64,000 bases of DNA from Schmidtea polychroa (GCA_044892525.1 CM097886.1:135408001-135472000), one strand, 5' to 3'; counted from the first letter of the stretch, positions 49,790-60,769 are shown. The notes: generated by a model not told the origin, from the sequence alone. Numbers and translations: made by a program.

Positions 49790-50103
49790 AACTAAAATTT
49801 ATTAACACATTCAAATTCATCATCTCCACATTTCATAACATTTTCAACGACATGACCTATACAATCGTTATATACACGCGGTTCGGAATACTTAATATTT
49901 TCAGTTATATAATCTGTAAATTCATCCTTAGGTTCATCAATTTCTTGTGTGTTTTCTTCATTAATTTGTTCTGTTATTTCCTCATCAGTTCAATCAAATC
50001 TTGAATCTTCACTCTCGGCTACTCAGTCTATATTTAATGCATTTGAAACAGATAATCTATCCTCCATTTTTACACCAGATATTTCTGCTAATTTTGCCAA
50101 CAT
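49790..50103 (-). pseudogene. acidic unknown ORF (Polinton cargo), with stops
   Basis: MLAKLAEISGVKMEDR...EEITEQINEENTQEIDEPKDEF...; two in-frame stops. Confidence 0.4.
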
Positions 50104-50320
50104 AAAGTTGATTAAATATTTTAAACAATAAATAATTCGATCATTAACTAGCCATATTATCCTTTTTCTAACTTCATTATTAACACTTTAAAACTATATT
50201 GGAAGTTTGTTTATAGAATGTCTTTGTTAAAGTTTTTTATTTTGCATTGATAAAGCAATTTCCTGGTTAAATAAATGAAAAACATATATTTATTAAAAAC
50301 AATAAATATAGCAACATTTA

Positions 50321-50740
50321 TTAAAATAGCTGTGGAAGTCTAGCAGACATAATTTTCCAAATTGGAGAATACGCATCATTATTATCAACTTTATGTCCTT
50401 GGATTGCAATTGTTATATACCAATTTTCGTTTTCTTTGAAGCTGATTTCATCAAAGGAATCATAAAATCTTGCATATCGGTTGTTGAACCTTGTGTGCTG
50501 ATTACATGATAGATTCGTATCAAACCGTTTGAAAACCTCATCAATAGATTTAACATCTATCATTGAAAGTGTGCCGGATAAGAATTGAAATTGAGTAGGA
50601 ATTAACTTGATCGGTGACACCAATTTCATATTGATTTCTTCTTTTCAAAAATATATTTTGTCGTTGTGGAACATTTGAACAGGTTGTACAAGTTCTGGAA
50701 TAACTTTTGGTTTTTCAGTACTTAAAATTTTCTTTGCCAT
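50321..50740 (-). pseudogene. unknown Polinton ORF (~139 aa, one internal stop)
   Basis: ATG at 50740 is in frame with the 102-aa track ORF, separated by one TGA. Confidence 0.5.
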
Positions 50741-50920
50741 CGTGAATTATGAATAAAATGAAATGGTACAGGGTTTTTATACCTTCAACTTGTGCTTATC
50801 AACCAATCAGATTATTTAAATTGCATTCAAAATGCATAGATGTTGCATTGTGACATGTTCTATTATTAATGTGTCATATTAGTAATGTTTTTATTATTAT
50901 TACTATTCTCAAACTATTTC

Positions 50921-50988
<68 letters not shown>

Positions 50989-51030
50989 TTATCATCATTT
51001 CTATTATTATTTTTATTACTATTACTATTT
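50921..51030 (+). repeat. (ATT)n microsatellite, imperfect
   Basis: Visible. Confidence 0.9.
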
Positions 51031-51063
51031 ACTACAAAAACAAAAATAATTAACTATAAAGAT

Positions 51064-51474
51064 TTATTTTGACACAATTTGACTAGAATGATAAATTCGA
51101 AGAGTCTTCACCAAAGACCATTCAACATATCTGTGGTAGCGGAAATTGCAACAGCTGCATCCAAAAATGCAGGGGTCATCTTGTTTCACTTCCTTCATTG
51201 TTCTTCCAATCTTCACATCCCAGAGAAATGTATTGATGATATCGAATATCCAGATTCGGTTTTCGTTGTAGATTAAATCTGGAATTATTGCAGCATCTCG
51301 ATCTTTTAGAATAACATACATTTGTGGATAATAGAAGTTTAATCTTTCAAGTATTATTGTCTGATATTCATCTGTAAATAATATGATAAATAAAAGTAAT
51401 AATAAAAAATTAAATTTACCATAATGTTCAATTTCTTTCATGGCAGTTATTGCAGAGCTTTGAATATTGTACAT
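51064..51474 (-). CDS. unknown Polinton protein with GCSCC motif; probable 48-nt intron at 51372-51419
   Basis: Homolog at 37318-37510; GTAAAT...TTTACAG segment at a conserved position. Confidence 0.6.
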   Translation of the reverse strand: MYNIQSSAITAMKEIEHYGKFNFLLLLLFIILFTDEYQTIILERLNFYYPQMYVILKDRDAAIIPDLIYNENRIWIFDIINTFLWDVKIGRTMKEVKQDDPCIFGCSCCNFRYHRYVEWSLVKTLRIYHSSQIVSK

Positions 51475-51501
51475 TTTTAAAAACTGTCATGTTTTAAACA
51501 A

Positions 51502-52044
51502 TCAACAGCCAATTAGATATCGAACAATCAGAATGATGCCTTTTAATTGCACTGAATTTGCAATCACATGATATTTTAAATAATTAATTGATAATAAAAA
51601 ATCTAAAAATTCTTTTCCTTCAATTATTGATTTTATTTCAGATATGATGTTATCAACTATACATTTGTAATCAATACTTTTTACGCCAAGAATTAATATC
51701 TTTCCACTAGCAAATATATTATCACACATAGACTTATATTTTATATATATCAAAGCTGGAAATAATTCTGGCTCGTAAACGAATGCTATTAATTTAGCCA
51801 AGTTATTTAAATTACAAGAAAAACCCATGTCAGAAGTTACTGTCATCGATTGTATTTCTAAATCATAAACATTATATTCACTAGCTTTGATTATTTCCTT
51901 ACATTCCATAATTCTAAATTTACCAGTTTTGAAATATATTATTGGATATTTGTTACTTCTATTGATAATTTGTTAGGGTTTTCCATTTGGAAATATCATT
52001 TTTGATACATCAGCCTTTGCACTGTAATTTATATTTGAAAGCAT
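51502..52044 (-). pseudogene. TATA-binding-protein-like gene in the Polinton, one premature stop
   Basis: Repeat 2: EIQSMTVTSDMGFSCNL...YEPELFPALIY...IFASGKILILGVK. Repeat 1: IIYFKTGKFRIM. TAA at 51973-51975 in codon 24. Confidence 0.8.
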
Positions 52045-52139
52045 TTTAATGAAATAATTATAAAACTCGGATATATATAGTTATTTTTAAAAGGAGTTCA
52101 CTTAAATTATCGATATAAACAAAAACTATATAGTTTAAA

Positions 52140-52764
52140 ATGGAATTGAGAAATGATGCAGTATACCAAATCATTGGTCCGAGTGGTAGCGGAAAAACAT
52201 TATTTGTTTGTAAATTACTAAAATCAAATTTGTTCAAAACAAAATTCACCAATATTTATTGGCATAGGGACGCCGACGAAGAACATGGCTTGACACAATC
52301 AAGTTTCTGTCAGTTGAAAAACATGAAAATAGTAAAGGGATTTGATAAAAACTGGTTCAGTCGGTTGAAGAAAGGTGATGTCATCATTATCGATGATTTA
52401 TATCAAGAAGCCAATAAAGAAAAAGATTTTAATAATTTATTCACAAAAATCAGGAGACATGTTGGTGTAACAGTTATTTTCATAACACAATCTATTTCAT
52501 CAAGGTGTGCACATCGAACATGTAATTTAAATGTACAATATTTAGTTATTTAGAGATGCAACTGTCATTGATTTTCTTGGACGACAAGCATACCCTAATA
52601 ATCGTAATTTTCTTATCAATACATTTCAAGATGCTACTAAAATACCGCATGGATATATATTTCTCGATTTCACACAACAATATCCTGATGATATACGGGT
52701 AAAAACAGATATTTTCAACCCAAAGGGTGCCATGGTTTATAAACAAAGTTCAAAACAATGTTGA
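52140..52764 (+). pseudogene. Polinton A32-like DNA-packaging ATPase, frameshifted near 52495-52550
   Basis: Walker A IIGPSGSGKT; Walker B IIIDDL; ITQ; downstream FRD...LGRQ.YP...ATK.PHGY.FLD...R.KTDIF. Confidence 0.85.
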
Positions 52765-52970
52765 AACATATAAAACATGTTTTCAAAAATCAGGGTAACA
52801 AGGAAGAAAAAACCGAAAATTCACCCAACAACTAGTTATACTCCATCTGAAGAACTTATTACTGAAAATTTTCCTGCAAAAAATCTTATTTCGAAAAATC
52901 CTAAACCTAAACCTAAACGTAAAACCAGTAAGCGTTAGGAACTAGAGCCAGATTAAAACTGGATAATCAA

Positions 52971-53669
52971 ATGGCAGAGGAAGCTAATATAAATGCATTT
53001 GCCAGATATCCCGCTCTGCCCGTAAAGGCATTCAGCGGTGATCCGGGAGAATTCCCAGAGTTTATGTCTGAATATTATCAGATTGCCAAAGCATATGCTT
53101 ATCCAGATAATATCATGATACAAAGGCTACCTATATATTTGAAGGGGCTGGCAAGAGAAAAATATAATGACATTATGGCATTACCAGTTGCTCAAGCACC
53201 GAAAACATGGGCCGAAATGAGAGAAGCAATGACTGCTCGAATATTGCCCGGAGATGCGGGAAGAATATTTAGACAACAATTTTATCATCGAAAACAGAAT
53301 GCAAATGAACATGTGGGGGAATTTGCACACCAGCTATCATTAATTGCTGAAAGAGCATTTGGACCAAAAACCACATGGGCAAAGCCAACAGAATTGTTAG
53401 TTAAGGATCAGCTATGGGCAGGACTTACGCCTACAATGAGGAACGCCCTAATATTACATACTAGTGATGATTTTGACGAATTGACACGGAAAGCTGTCGT
53501 AATTGAAAGCAGCTTGGAAAAGTCAACCATGTTCCTTGTAAACAGTGAGAGAACACCGGTAGAGTGTTTCAATTGCCTTAGAAAAGGGCATATAGCGAAA
53601 GATTGTACCAGCAGGAAAATTATGGACAATCGCAAAAGTATACAATGTACCAAATGTGGAAAATTGTAG
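52971..53669 (+). CDS. gag: Gag capsid region + CCHC knuckle
   Basis: FSGDPGEF.EF...Y...A; YLKGLARE.Y; KQNANEHVGEF; CFNCLRKGHIAKDC. Confidence 0.88.
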   Translation: MAEEANINAFARYPALPVKAFSGDPGEFPEFMSEYYQIAKAYAYPDNIMIQRLPIYLKGLAREKYNDIMALPVAQAPKTWAEMREAMTARILPGDAGRIFRQQFYHRKQNANEHVGEFAHQLSLIAERAFGPKTTWAKPTELLVKDQLWAGLTPTMRNALILHTSDDFDELTRKAVVIESSLEKSTMFLVNSERTPVECFNCLRKGHIAKDCTSRKIMDNRKSIQCTKCGKL

Positions 53670-55515
53670 AGTGCAGAATTTGCAATGTGAAAAACGCAAA
53701 CGAAAGGGACACGTTGCTGCAGTCTGTAAGACTAGAAGCTCTCAGAACAGCAATAATTTTAGTACGGTTAAAAGAGATGATGTAAATTCATCAGGAAAGA
53801 TAAAATGTCACGGATGTGGGAAATTCGGACATATGATGAGGTCATGTCCTCAGAATCAGAGTGGGAACACGGGGCAGTTCAATAAAAATACCGATAAGGG
53901 TAATGTGAACAAGCCTAAGACAACTTTTATGGTTAACCAGGATCAAGGATTAACTTACCTGCAACAACTGGAAATGGAAATCCAGGAGGAAAAGAATAGG
54001 TTGGCTAGATTGACCGACCAAGAAGGCACCATCTTCATGGTAGAAGTTGGAAGAGATGAATTTCTCAGAAAAAAGGATTCTGTTAGAGTGGACCTTCAGG
54101 AAACGGAATCAGAGGAGAGTTTCGAGAATGAACCTAGTATGGCCACCATACTAAGCGAGTTTGATGTAACCTTGCCAGGGAAAGCAAAGGTAAAAGAAGG
54201 GTCAGATACCCTAACAAAATGTTTAAAACTGGTGGATTCCAGATATGAGTACCAGCAGAAGCTGGCCAGACAATTGGGAAAATTGGGAGAAACAGAAATT
54301 AAAATTCATGAAATCGATACAGTAGTAAAACTGATATCGCAGGTCGAAGATGATCCAAAGTATCATAACGACACATACAAAATCCTAAGGAAATTAGGAA
54401 AACTTATGGAACATGAGTGGGATCTCCAAGATGCCCAGCTCAATATAAAACTCCCACAGGATAAAGAGTATAATCTCGATATAAATGTAAGAAGTCGAGC
54501 CGATAAATTAACGGAAGCATTGAAAAGTATTAAGCATCAAGGATATGACTTATACTTATGTGGAACAAAACTAGAAGCAAATCAAACACTTCTACAGAAC
54601 GGGATACTCCCAGGTAGAGTGACGAAGCTCACAGCAAAGAGAGCACAAAAGACAGTGGCAGTAATGGATCAAGATAGCGTATTCTTGATTACTCAGATGG
54701 AAATAGAGAGATTGGAGGAAACTCAACAATTAACCCAGCGACTAGGGTTGGAATTGCAGAAATCTCCACGAGATGGAGAAACTATAAAGGAAATACTTGA
54801 CTGGATGTTAGTATTACGAATACCAGTAGATTTGTTGGAAGCAATAATTCCACTTATACTACCAGTAGTAAAGGAAACAAGCCCATTCCAGACGCAAATT
54901 GAAGCGCTGATGAGGAAAAATGGGAAAGCTATCCGAAGTCAGCCTGATAGACAAGGCAACATTAATCTAGACGTGCGAATGATGGGAAAAGAACCATTAA
55001 CAATGATTTATAATTGTTATATCAAAGTCAAAATATTAAGGAGAGATGTGATTGCCAGCGATCAAACTACAGGTATATTCCTGATAATGGTCCATGGTAG
55101 GCAAGTGGATGATGATGAATATCTAGTGGATGTGGGTTGTCTACCGTTGGCAACAACCACGGTAATGATCATCCCAGTAACTCCACCAGAGTCCCAGTGG
55201 TCATTAATGAGACTGCCAGATATAACAAACGAAATTGCGGAAGAAATCGAGGAAATAAGACTAGAGGAAATTAATCACTGTCAAATGGTGGACATTGACG
55301 AGGAAGATTACTTCTCAGAGTACGTCAGATTAAATCCAGGAGAAACAAACGTAGGAGCTACTACGTCACAAGCTATAACAAATCCGGAGACTGAAAAACC
55401 TCCGGAGAAAGTGAAAAAAGATGGACGAGGACGTCCTAGAAAGGATCAAATGAAACCTCCACCCAAGGAGCAGTTAAATCCGGAAACGATTCGGAAAATT
55501 CAGTTAAAACATTAG
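53656..55515 (+). CDS. Gag continuation: two further knuckles, two putative ubiquitin-like domains, AT-hook
   Basis: CEKRKRKGHVAAVC; CHGCGKFGHMMRSC; Ubl-like 54439-54642 and 54961-55176; GRGRPRK 55423-55443. Confidence 0.7.
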   Translation: MENCRVQNLQCEKRKRKGHVAAVCKTRSSQNSNNFSTVKRDDVNSSGKIKCHGCGKFGHMMRSCPQNQSGNTGQFNKNTDKGNVNKPKTTFMVNQDQGLTYLQQLEMEIQEEKNRLARLTDQEGTIFMVEVGRDEFLRKKDSVRVDLQETESEESFENEPSMATILSEFDVTLPGKAKVKEGSDTLTKCLKLVDSRYEYQQKLARQLGKLGETEIKIHEIDTVVKLISQVEDDPKYHNDTYKILRKLGKLMEHEWDLQDAQLNIKLPQDKEYNLDINVRSRADKLTEALKSIKHQGYDLYLCGTKLEANQTLLQNGILPGRVTKLTAKRAQKTVAVMDQDSVFLITQMEIERLEETQQLTQRLGLELQKSPRDGETIKEILDWMLVLRIPVDLLEAIIPLILPVVKETSPFQTQIEALMRKNGKAIRSQPDRQGNINLDVRMMGKEPLTMIYNCYIKVKILRRDVIASDQTTGIFLIMVHGRQVDDDEYLVDVGCLPLATTTVMIIPVTPPESQWSLMRLPDITNEIAEEIEEIRLEEINHCQMVDIDEEDYFSEYVRLNPGETNVGATTSQAITNPETEKPPEKVKKDGRGRPRKDQMKPPPKEQLNPETIRKIQLKH

Positions 55516-55551
55516 CAGGGATAGCCCAAGAAATGGACGACCAGGCGGGAG

Positions 55552-56799
55552 ATGAGACAACGTCAGAAAGGTCGTTATTTGATCGTGATTATCAGGCCCG
55601 AATGGAGAATTCCAAAAATCAAGGGGATCGAAGTAAAGAAAATAACGAAAGAGGTCAAGAAGACAATGGAAAGAATATCCAAAGATGTATCAACTAGAGA
55701 TATACAGGATGCCATAGAAGCATTCGTGCAGCAAGGATTAACAAGAGGGAAAGTGGTAACATCACTATCATTGTTAATTCAAAATGCCTTAGCCCGGGTA
55801 GGGGATGATTAAAGGCTTATAGAACGAGAAATCGATCAAATAGTCGAAATGGTAGATTATTACCTGGAGGTATGGATGACCGTAAACAAATTTTGGGAAA
55901 AGGAAACGATTCCAAAACCACGATATGAGGTAGTGGAAGAAGCTATAAATAATGGTAGTTCAGGCACAGGAATTTACGCAATATTTGTAATTTTAAAGAT
56001 GATAATTACGCAATTGATGTCAACATATAGCATATTCAAAATTGGGGGATGGTCATGGAAACTGCTATTAGGATTATGTCCTATGTGTGCAGAGTTTGCA
56101 TTATTCAAACATCACAGAAAAGAAATTAAAGAAATTAGACAGAAACATTTGGTCAAGCATGAAGTAATTGGAACAGAAATGGAGGAGTATTCTAGTTATC
56201 GGGATGATAACAATTCAAAGGGAGGAGGTAATGGAGGCTCTCGTGAAACATTTTCAAGATCAAATCAATCACGAAAACAGAACTACAACAAAAAACCGAT
56301 TCAGCAACAAAGAAAATCGAGATTTAAGGAATATCTTCCTCCATATGACCAATCAAAGGAAATCTACGTGAGAAAACAGTCCTCAGAAGGAGAATATGAC
56401 AGTTCCGACCAAAAATTCGACATAAGGTCACCCAGATTCAAGAGAAGTCCAAGATATGTACAATTGCCAACTTCGAGGAGTTTACCATCCGCACCAAACG
56501 AGGGGCGGGAACATTCGAGGGAAACAACACTCAGAACAGGACGACCCCAATGGAAAATCGGTGAAGATACCATATTTAATAATTTGACATGCTCAACATT
56601 GCCAGAATTACCTAAAGTGCATTATCCAAAGCAAGCGTTAGAGTCAATTAAAGCTAAATTTAAAGAGTATAATCCTCATCTGAGTGATCCTGAATTACTG
56701 GAAGCAGAACAAACGAGAGCCAATACAATCGGTATCTCGCACGATACTATCTTGATGGTCAATAACCCAGTGAACTTGGATAAAAAGCAAATGATATAA
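55552..56799 (+). pseudogene. polyprotein segment with putative Bcl-2-like domain, hydrophobic helix and basic linker
   Basis: Same frame as the upstream and downstream ORFs; one internal TAA (55810-55812); BH1/BH2-like motifs. Confidence 0.6.
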
Positions 56800-56805
56800 A
56801 TAAGA

Positions 56806-57351
56806 GTGAACCGACATACAGTTAATGCGGTGATAGACTCAGGAGCAGATGGTACCATAATTGAAGCTAAATTGTTAAACCATCATGAACTGCAGTCGCT
56901 AAAACCGGCAGGAGTAAAATTAACAGGAGCAAACGGATCCTCATTAAACGTAATAGGGTCATTATCCTGCCAGATTAAGCTATGTGACCAGGAGCTCCAT
57001 CACGACATCATAGTGATGAGAAGTCTCCCAGCCGAATGTCTATTGGGTATGGACATCCTAAAAAGACTACGAGGAGTAGTATTCGATTGTGCATCTGGAT
57101 TGTTAATCCGAGCACGAGGTAAAAAGAGAAAAATTTACAACGATGATACAGCTTATATAGATCATACAACTATCATACCACCCAGAGCAGAAACGGTATG
57201 CTTTGTAGCTACAAGCAATAATTGGGAAGGTGAAGTTGTATTCGAACCAAACGAAAAATTCTCGGAGAAATACAACATACCAGTTACTCATAGCGTAGGT
57301 TTAATAGTCAATGGCAGAATACCAATCAGGGTAGCCAATCTGGACAATTAA
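56806..57351 (+). CDS. retroviral-type aspartic protease and post-protease spacer
   Basis: NAVIDSGADGTII...LLGMDIL; IIPPRAE...EP...IPIRVAN. Confidence 0.88.
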   Translation: MNRHTVNAVIDSGADGTIIEAKLLNHHELQSLKPAGVKLTGANGSSLNVIGSLSCQIKLCDQELHHDIIVMRSLPAECLLGMDILKRLRGVVFDCASGLLIRARGKKRKIYNDDTAYIDHTTIIPPRAETVCFVATSNNWEGEVVFEPNEKFSEKYNIPVTHSVGLIVNGRIPIRVANLDN

Positions 57352-57367
57352 CCACTTTACTTATATC

Positions 57368-60362
57368 CAGTGGTGATATTCAGCCGGTACGGGGCGGTAC
57401 GCTCGTACCGGTTGTTAACATTTTTAAAATTTTCCGTACCGGTTGTATATTAAAAAAAAAGTATGTTTTTAAGTTAAAGTATGTAAAAGTAAAAGTATTG
57501 ATAAAAACATTCTAAATTACTAAAAAAATATAAAAATTTACCTGCCATTATCGATCAAATACAAAAAATCTTACAATAAAATAAAAATTTGGGATTTAAA
57601 ATTTTTTTCAGTTTTAGTAAAAAAAAATCTACTTAAAACTGTCTAATTTGAATTTTAGTACTTTTAATTTCCACTACAATCCAAGAGATGGCATTGAATT
57701 ATAGAACAAAATTTATGGAATTTAAAAATTCCTACTGAGCATGTGTAAAGTTGCATTTATAGGTGGTTTCACCGCGTAACCACTAAGCTTGAAAGGGTTA
57801 ACGGAAAATTCTGTAAAAAAAAATATTTTTCTTTTAATAAAAAGGGAATTTCCCTTTTTGAATACATTTTTATTTTGATATATTTACTCTAAATAAAAAG
57901 TTTAGTAGTATAAATATTTTTATGGTGAATGGTTATCCCTTACTTTTAATCTCTATTAAATGCAGTTTTAACGTGCAAGTATGAAGATTTTAAATTGATT
58001 TAAATTTCTAATTAATTATTAATTAATTATTAAATATTTTCTTTGTTTCAACCTAAGAATGAAAAGGCAAGGTAATTTGGATGACTTTTTTAGCAAATCT
58101 ATAAAAATAACCAAAAACCCTGAACAGCAAGCTGAGAATATTACTAATTCTAATCAAACAAAACAGGTAAAAGAAAAAAATGATACTTCTGAAGTTCAAC
58201 ACCAATCGGAAAAAGCTGGAACGTCTCGTGATGCTGCGTTATTACATTTTTGGAATGATAAACAACTAAATTATTTTAAAACTAAATACGAGTGGCTTAT
58301 TGTTGTTAGCGATGAAAATGTGGTGTTCGAAAGTAGAATCGTTAAATTTAGAAACTGCTAAACATTTACACATTTCTGTGGAGTGGAAATCATGTTCTGT
58401 CAAAGCTCATGGCTCGAACAAAGAAAATTTACAATCATCAATGAGAAAAAAATTGAAGGAACACAATGAATCAGCTTCACATAAAAAAGCTGGGGAAATA
58501 ATAAAAATTGGTGAAACAAATATAATTTCCAAATCTTTCGATGTGGCTAATGAAAAGTATTTAAACAGCACAGTAAACATTTTTAATACTATCTATTTCA
58601 TAATTAAAAACAATTACCCATTCAGTGATTTTAAAAAATTAATTGATTTACAGAAAAAAAATAATGTAGATTTTGGATTTTCATTACATTCCAGATTTAT
58701 AGTTCCACTTGTCGCAAAGCTTATATCTACAGAAATAAGAAGAATTATTTTTGGAAAACTGATAAATACAGGTTGTAAAATTTCAATTATTATTGATGAA
58801 GCCTCAACTGTTTCACACAAAAGCGTTTTAGTAGTTTATTTGAAATCTGAAATTCAAGATTCCGATGATAGTGTAACAGTTTTTATTGATCTTGTCGAAT
58901 TAGAAGGAACAACATCAGAAATAATTTTTAAAACCTTAATATCAGTTCTTGAAAAACATGGTTTTAATGAAAAATATTTACATGAAAATCTTATTGGATT
59001 TTGCTGAGACGGTGCTAGTGTAATGTTAGGAAAAAAGGCTGGAGTTTCTGCAAGAATTTTAGAACATTTTCCAGGTATTAGCATCTGTCACTGTTTAGCT
59101 CATCGTATTCAGTTAACTCTAGATGATGTTATCAAAGAAGTAAATGAAGTAAATAACTTTAGATATTTTCTCGATAAACTTTATTCGTATTATCATACTT
59201 CAAATAAACATCAACGAGAATTAAATAATGTTTTTAAAGAACTTGGCACTGAAGTACACAAAATAGGTAGAATATTTGGTCCTCGATGGGCAGCCTGTAG
59301 CGCTAGGACCGCCAAAGCAGTTTGGAAATCATATCAGGCCTTATATATTCACTTTAGTCTAAATAAAGAAATTGGAATAATGTCATATTTCAAAAATGAA
59401 AACTTTTTAAAAGATTTAGGTTTAATAAACGACATATTAGAAGAAATTTCTGTACTGTCTACAGCTTTACAAGAAAGAGATATTTCATTAATTAGAGCTG
59501 ATAGATTGATAAGGCGAACGATAAATCTATTCCAACATTTAAAATTAAATAAAGGAACATATGAAAAAGAAGCAGATGATATTATTAAAACGAAAATATA
59601 CAATATTCCATTTGAAATTAATAGAAAAAAAACATCAATTGTTGTTTCGAGAGATACATTTTTTGATTGTTTAGAAAAACATATGAAAACGCGTTTGCTA
59701 TTAGACGATAAAAATGAAAACTATAATAATCTCTTAAATTGCTTTAATTTATTAAATCCAGAAACATGGCGGGGTGATATTTTTGAAGCACCATGGATTG
59801 AAGGTGAAAATAGGTTAGAGCAGTTAAATAAAATAATCAAATACATCATTCCAGTAAATGATTTTCGAGATTTTGTTGATGTGCGAGATAGAGAATCTAA
59901 AAATATTAATACTATTTTGAGAGTAAAAAGAATTTTAAATGTAATTGCTGTTAATTCCGCAGAAGCTGAAAGAGGACTCAGCACAATGAACAATATCATT
60001 TATGATAAGAGAAATTCGTTGTTAATTGAAACAACAAGTCATTTAATGACAATAAATTTAATAGGAAAATCGATTGAGGATTTTGATGCAACACCATATG
60101 TTAAATTATGGTTGCGAGAAGGGCATCATATGGCAAGTGACAAACGTGTCAAAGCAGCCGCACCTAATTTGCCGTCCCAAAACCAAAATTTAATTTGGAA
60201 ATTATTTAATTAATTTTATATACTATTTTTTATATTATTATATATAATATATGTATTTCTTATGTAAATATGTAAATAAATAACTATTATGAAGTAAATA
60301 TAACCTACAATAGATTTTTTTCCATGCGTACCGGTTGTTAAAAAATTCGAATATCACCACTG
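57368..60362 (+). mobile_element. near-full-length hAT (KIAA1586/ZNF862-like), 2995 bp
   Basis: 14-bp perfect TIR CAGTGGTGATATTC; subterminal ACCGGTTGT motifs; right flank is (TA)n, so there is no TSD. Confidence 0.9.
58059..60213 (+). pseudogene. hAT transposase with one frameshift (~58330) and one stop (59005-59007)
   Basis: IIDEAST; GFC*DGASVM; HCLAHRIQL; RW; SAEAERGLSTMN dimerisation domain. Confidence 0.9.
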
Positions 60363-60769
60363 TATATATATATATATATATAAACGAACGTGTAACTAGC
60401 TTTTTATTGTTAAATAAATATTTTAAACATATTTCTTATTTATTTATTTACCTACACGCATAAATTAATTATTTGGAGTCAGATAAAACGTTTTTGTGTT
60501 AGTTCGAAGACATACCCATCGAACCTAACACTGGAAAAGACAATTAAGAATAAACAATGAATTATTATTATTATTATTATTTAACTTTTTTGTCCATATT
60601 CTTTTGCAGGTTTCGAAGTAACAAAATATTCCTCAATTACGACACAATCGCTATCTAGAAAATAATATATATATTTATTTTCTTAAAAAATTTTCATTTA
60701 ACCCTTAGTTATTGCCCTTTACACACATTCACTTCAGATCTCGCGTAGAAATATTTTTCTATCCTTAAG

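Larger units (their letters stand above)
52971..57367 (+). mobile_element. Ty3/gypsy fragment: gag, very long accessory region, protease; no LTR, RT or IN seen
   Basis: Capsid-type Gag, CCHC knuckles and IDSGA protease in a nearly continuous frame. Confidence 0.85.

Noticed and set aside
51502-52044. Host TBP gene
   Set aside because: Intronless, highly divergent, has a premature stop and lies within Polinton TIRs next to the ATPase.
43972-57367. Giant LTR B as the 5' LTR of the Ubl/Bcl-2 gypsy fragment
   Set aside because: 3.4 kb of Polinton genes lie between them, B is flanked by its own TSD, its ORF is on the opposite strand, and no PBS is adjacent. A family relationship remains possible but is unsupported here.
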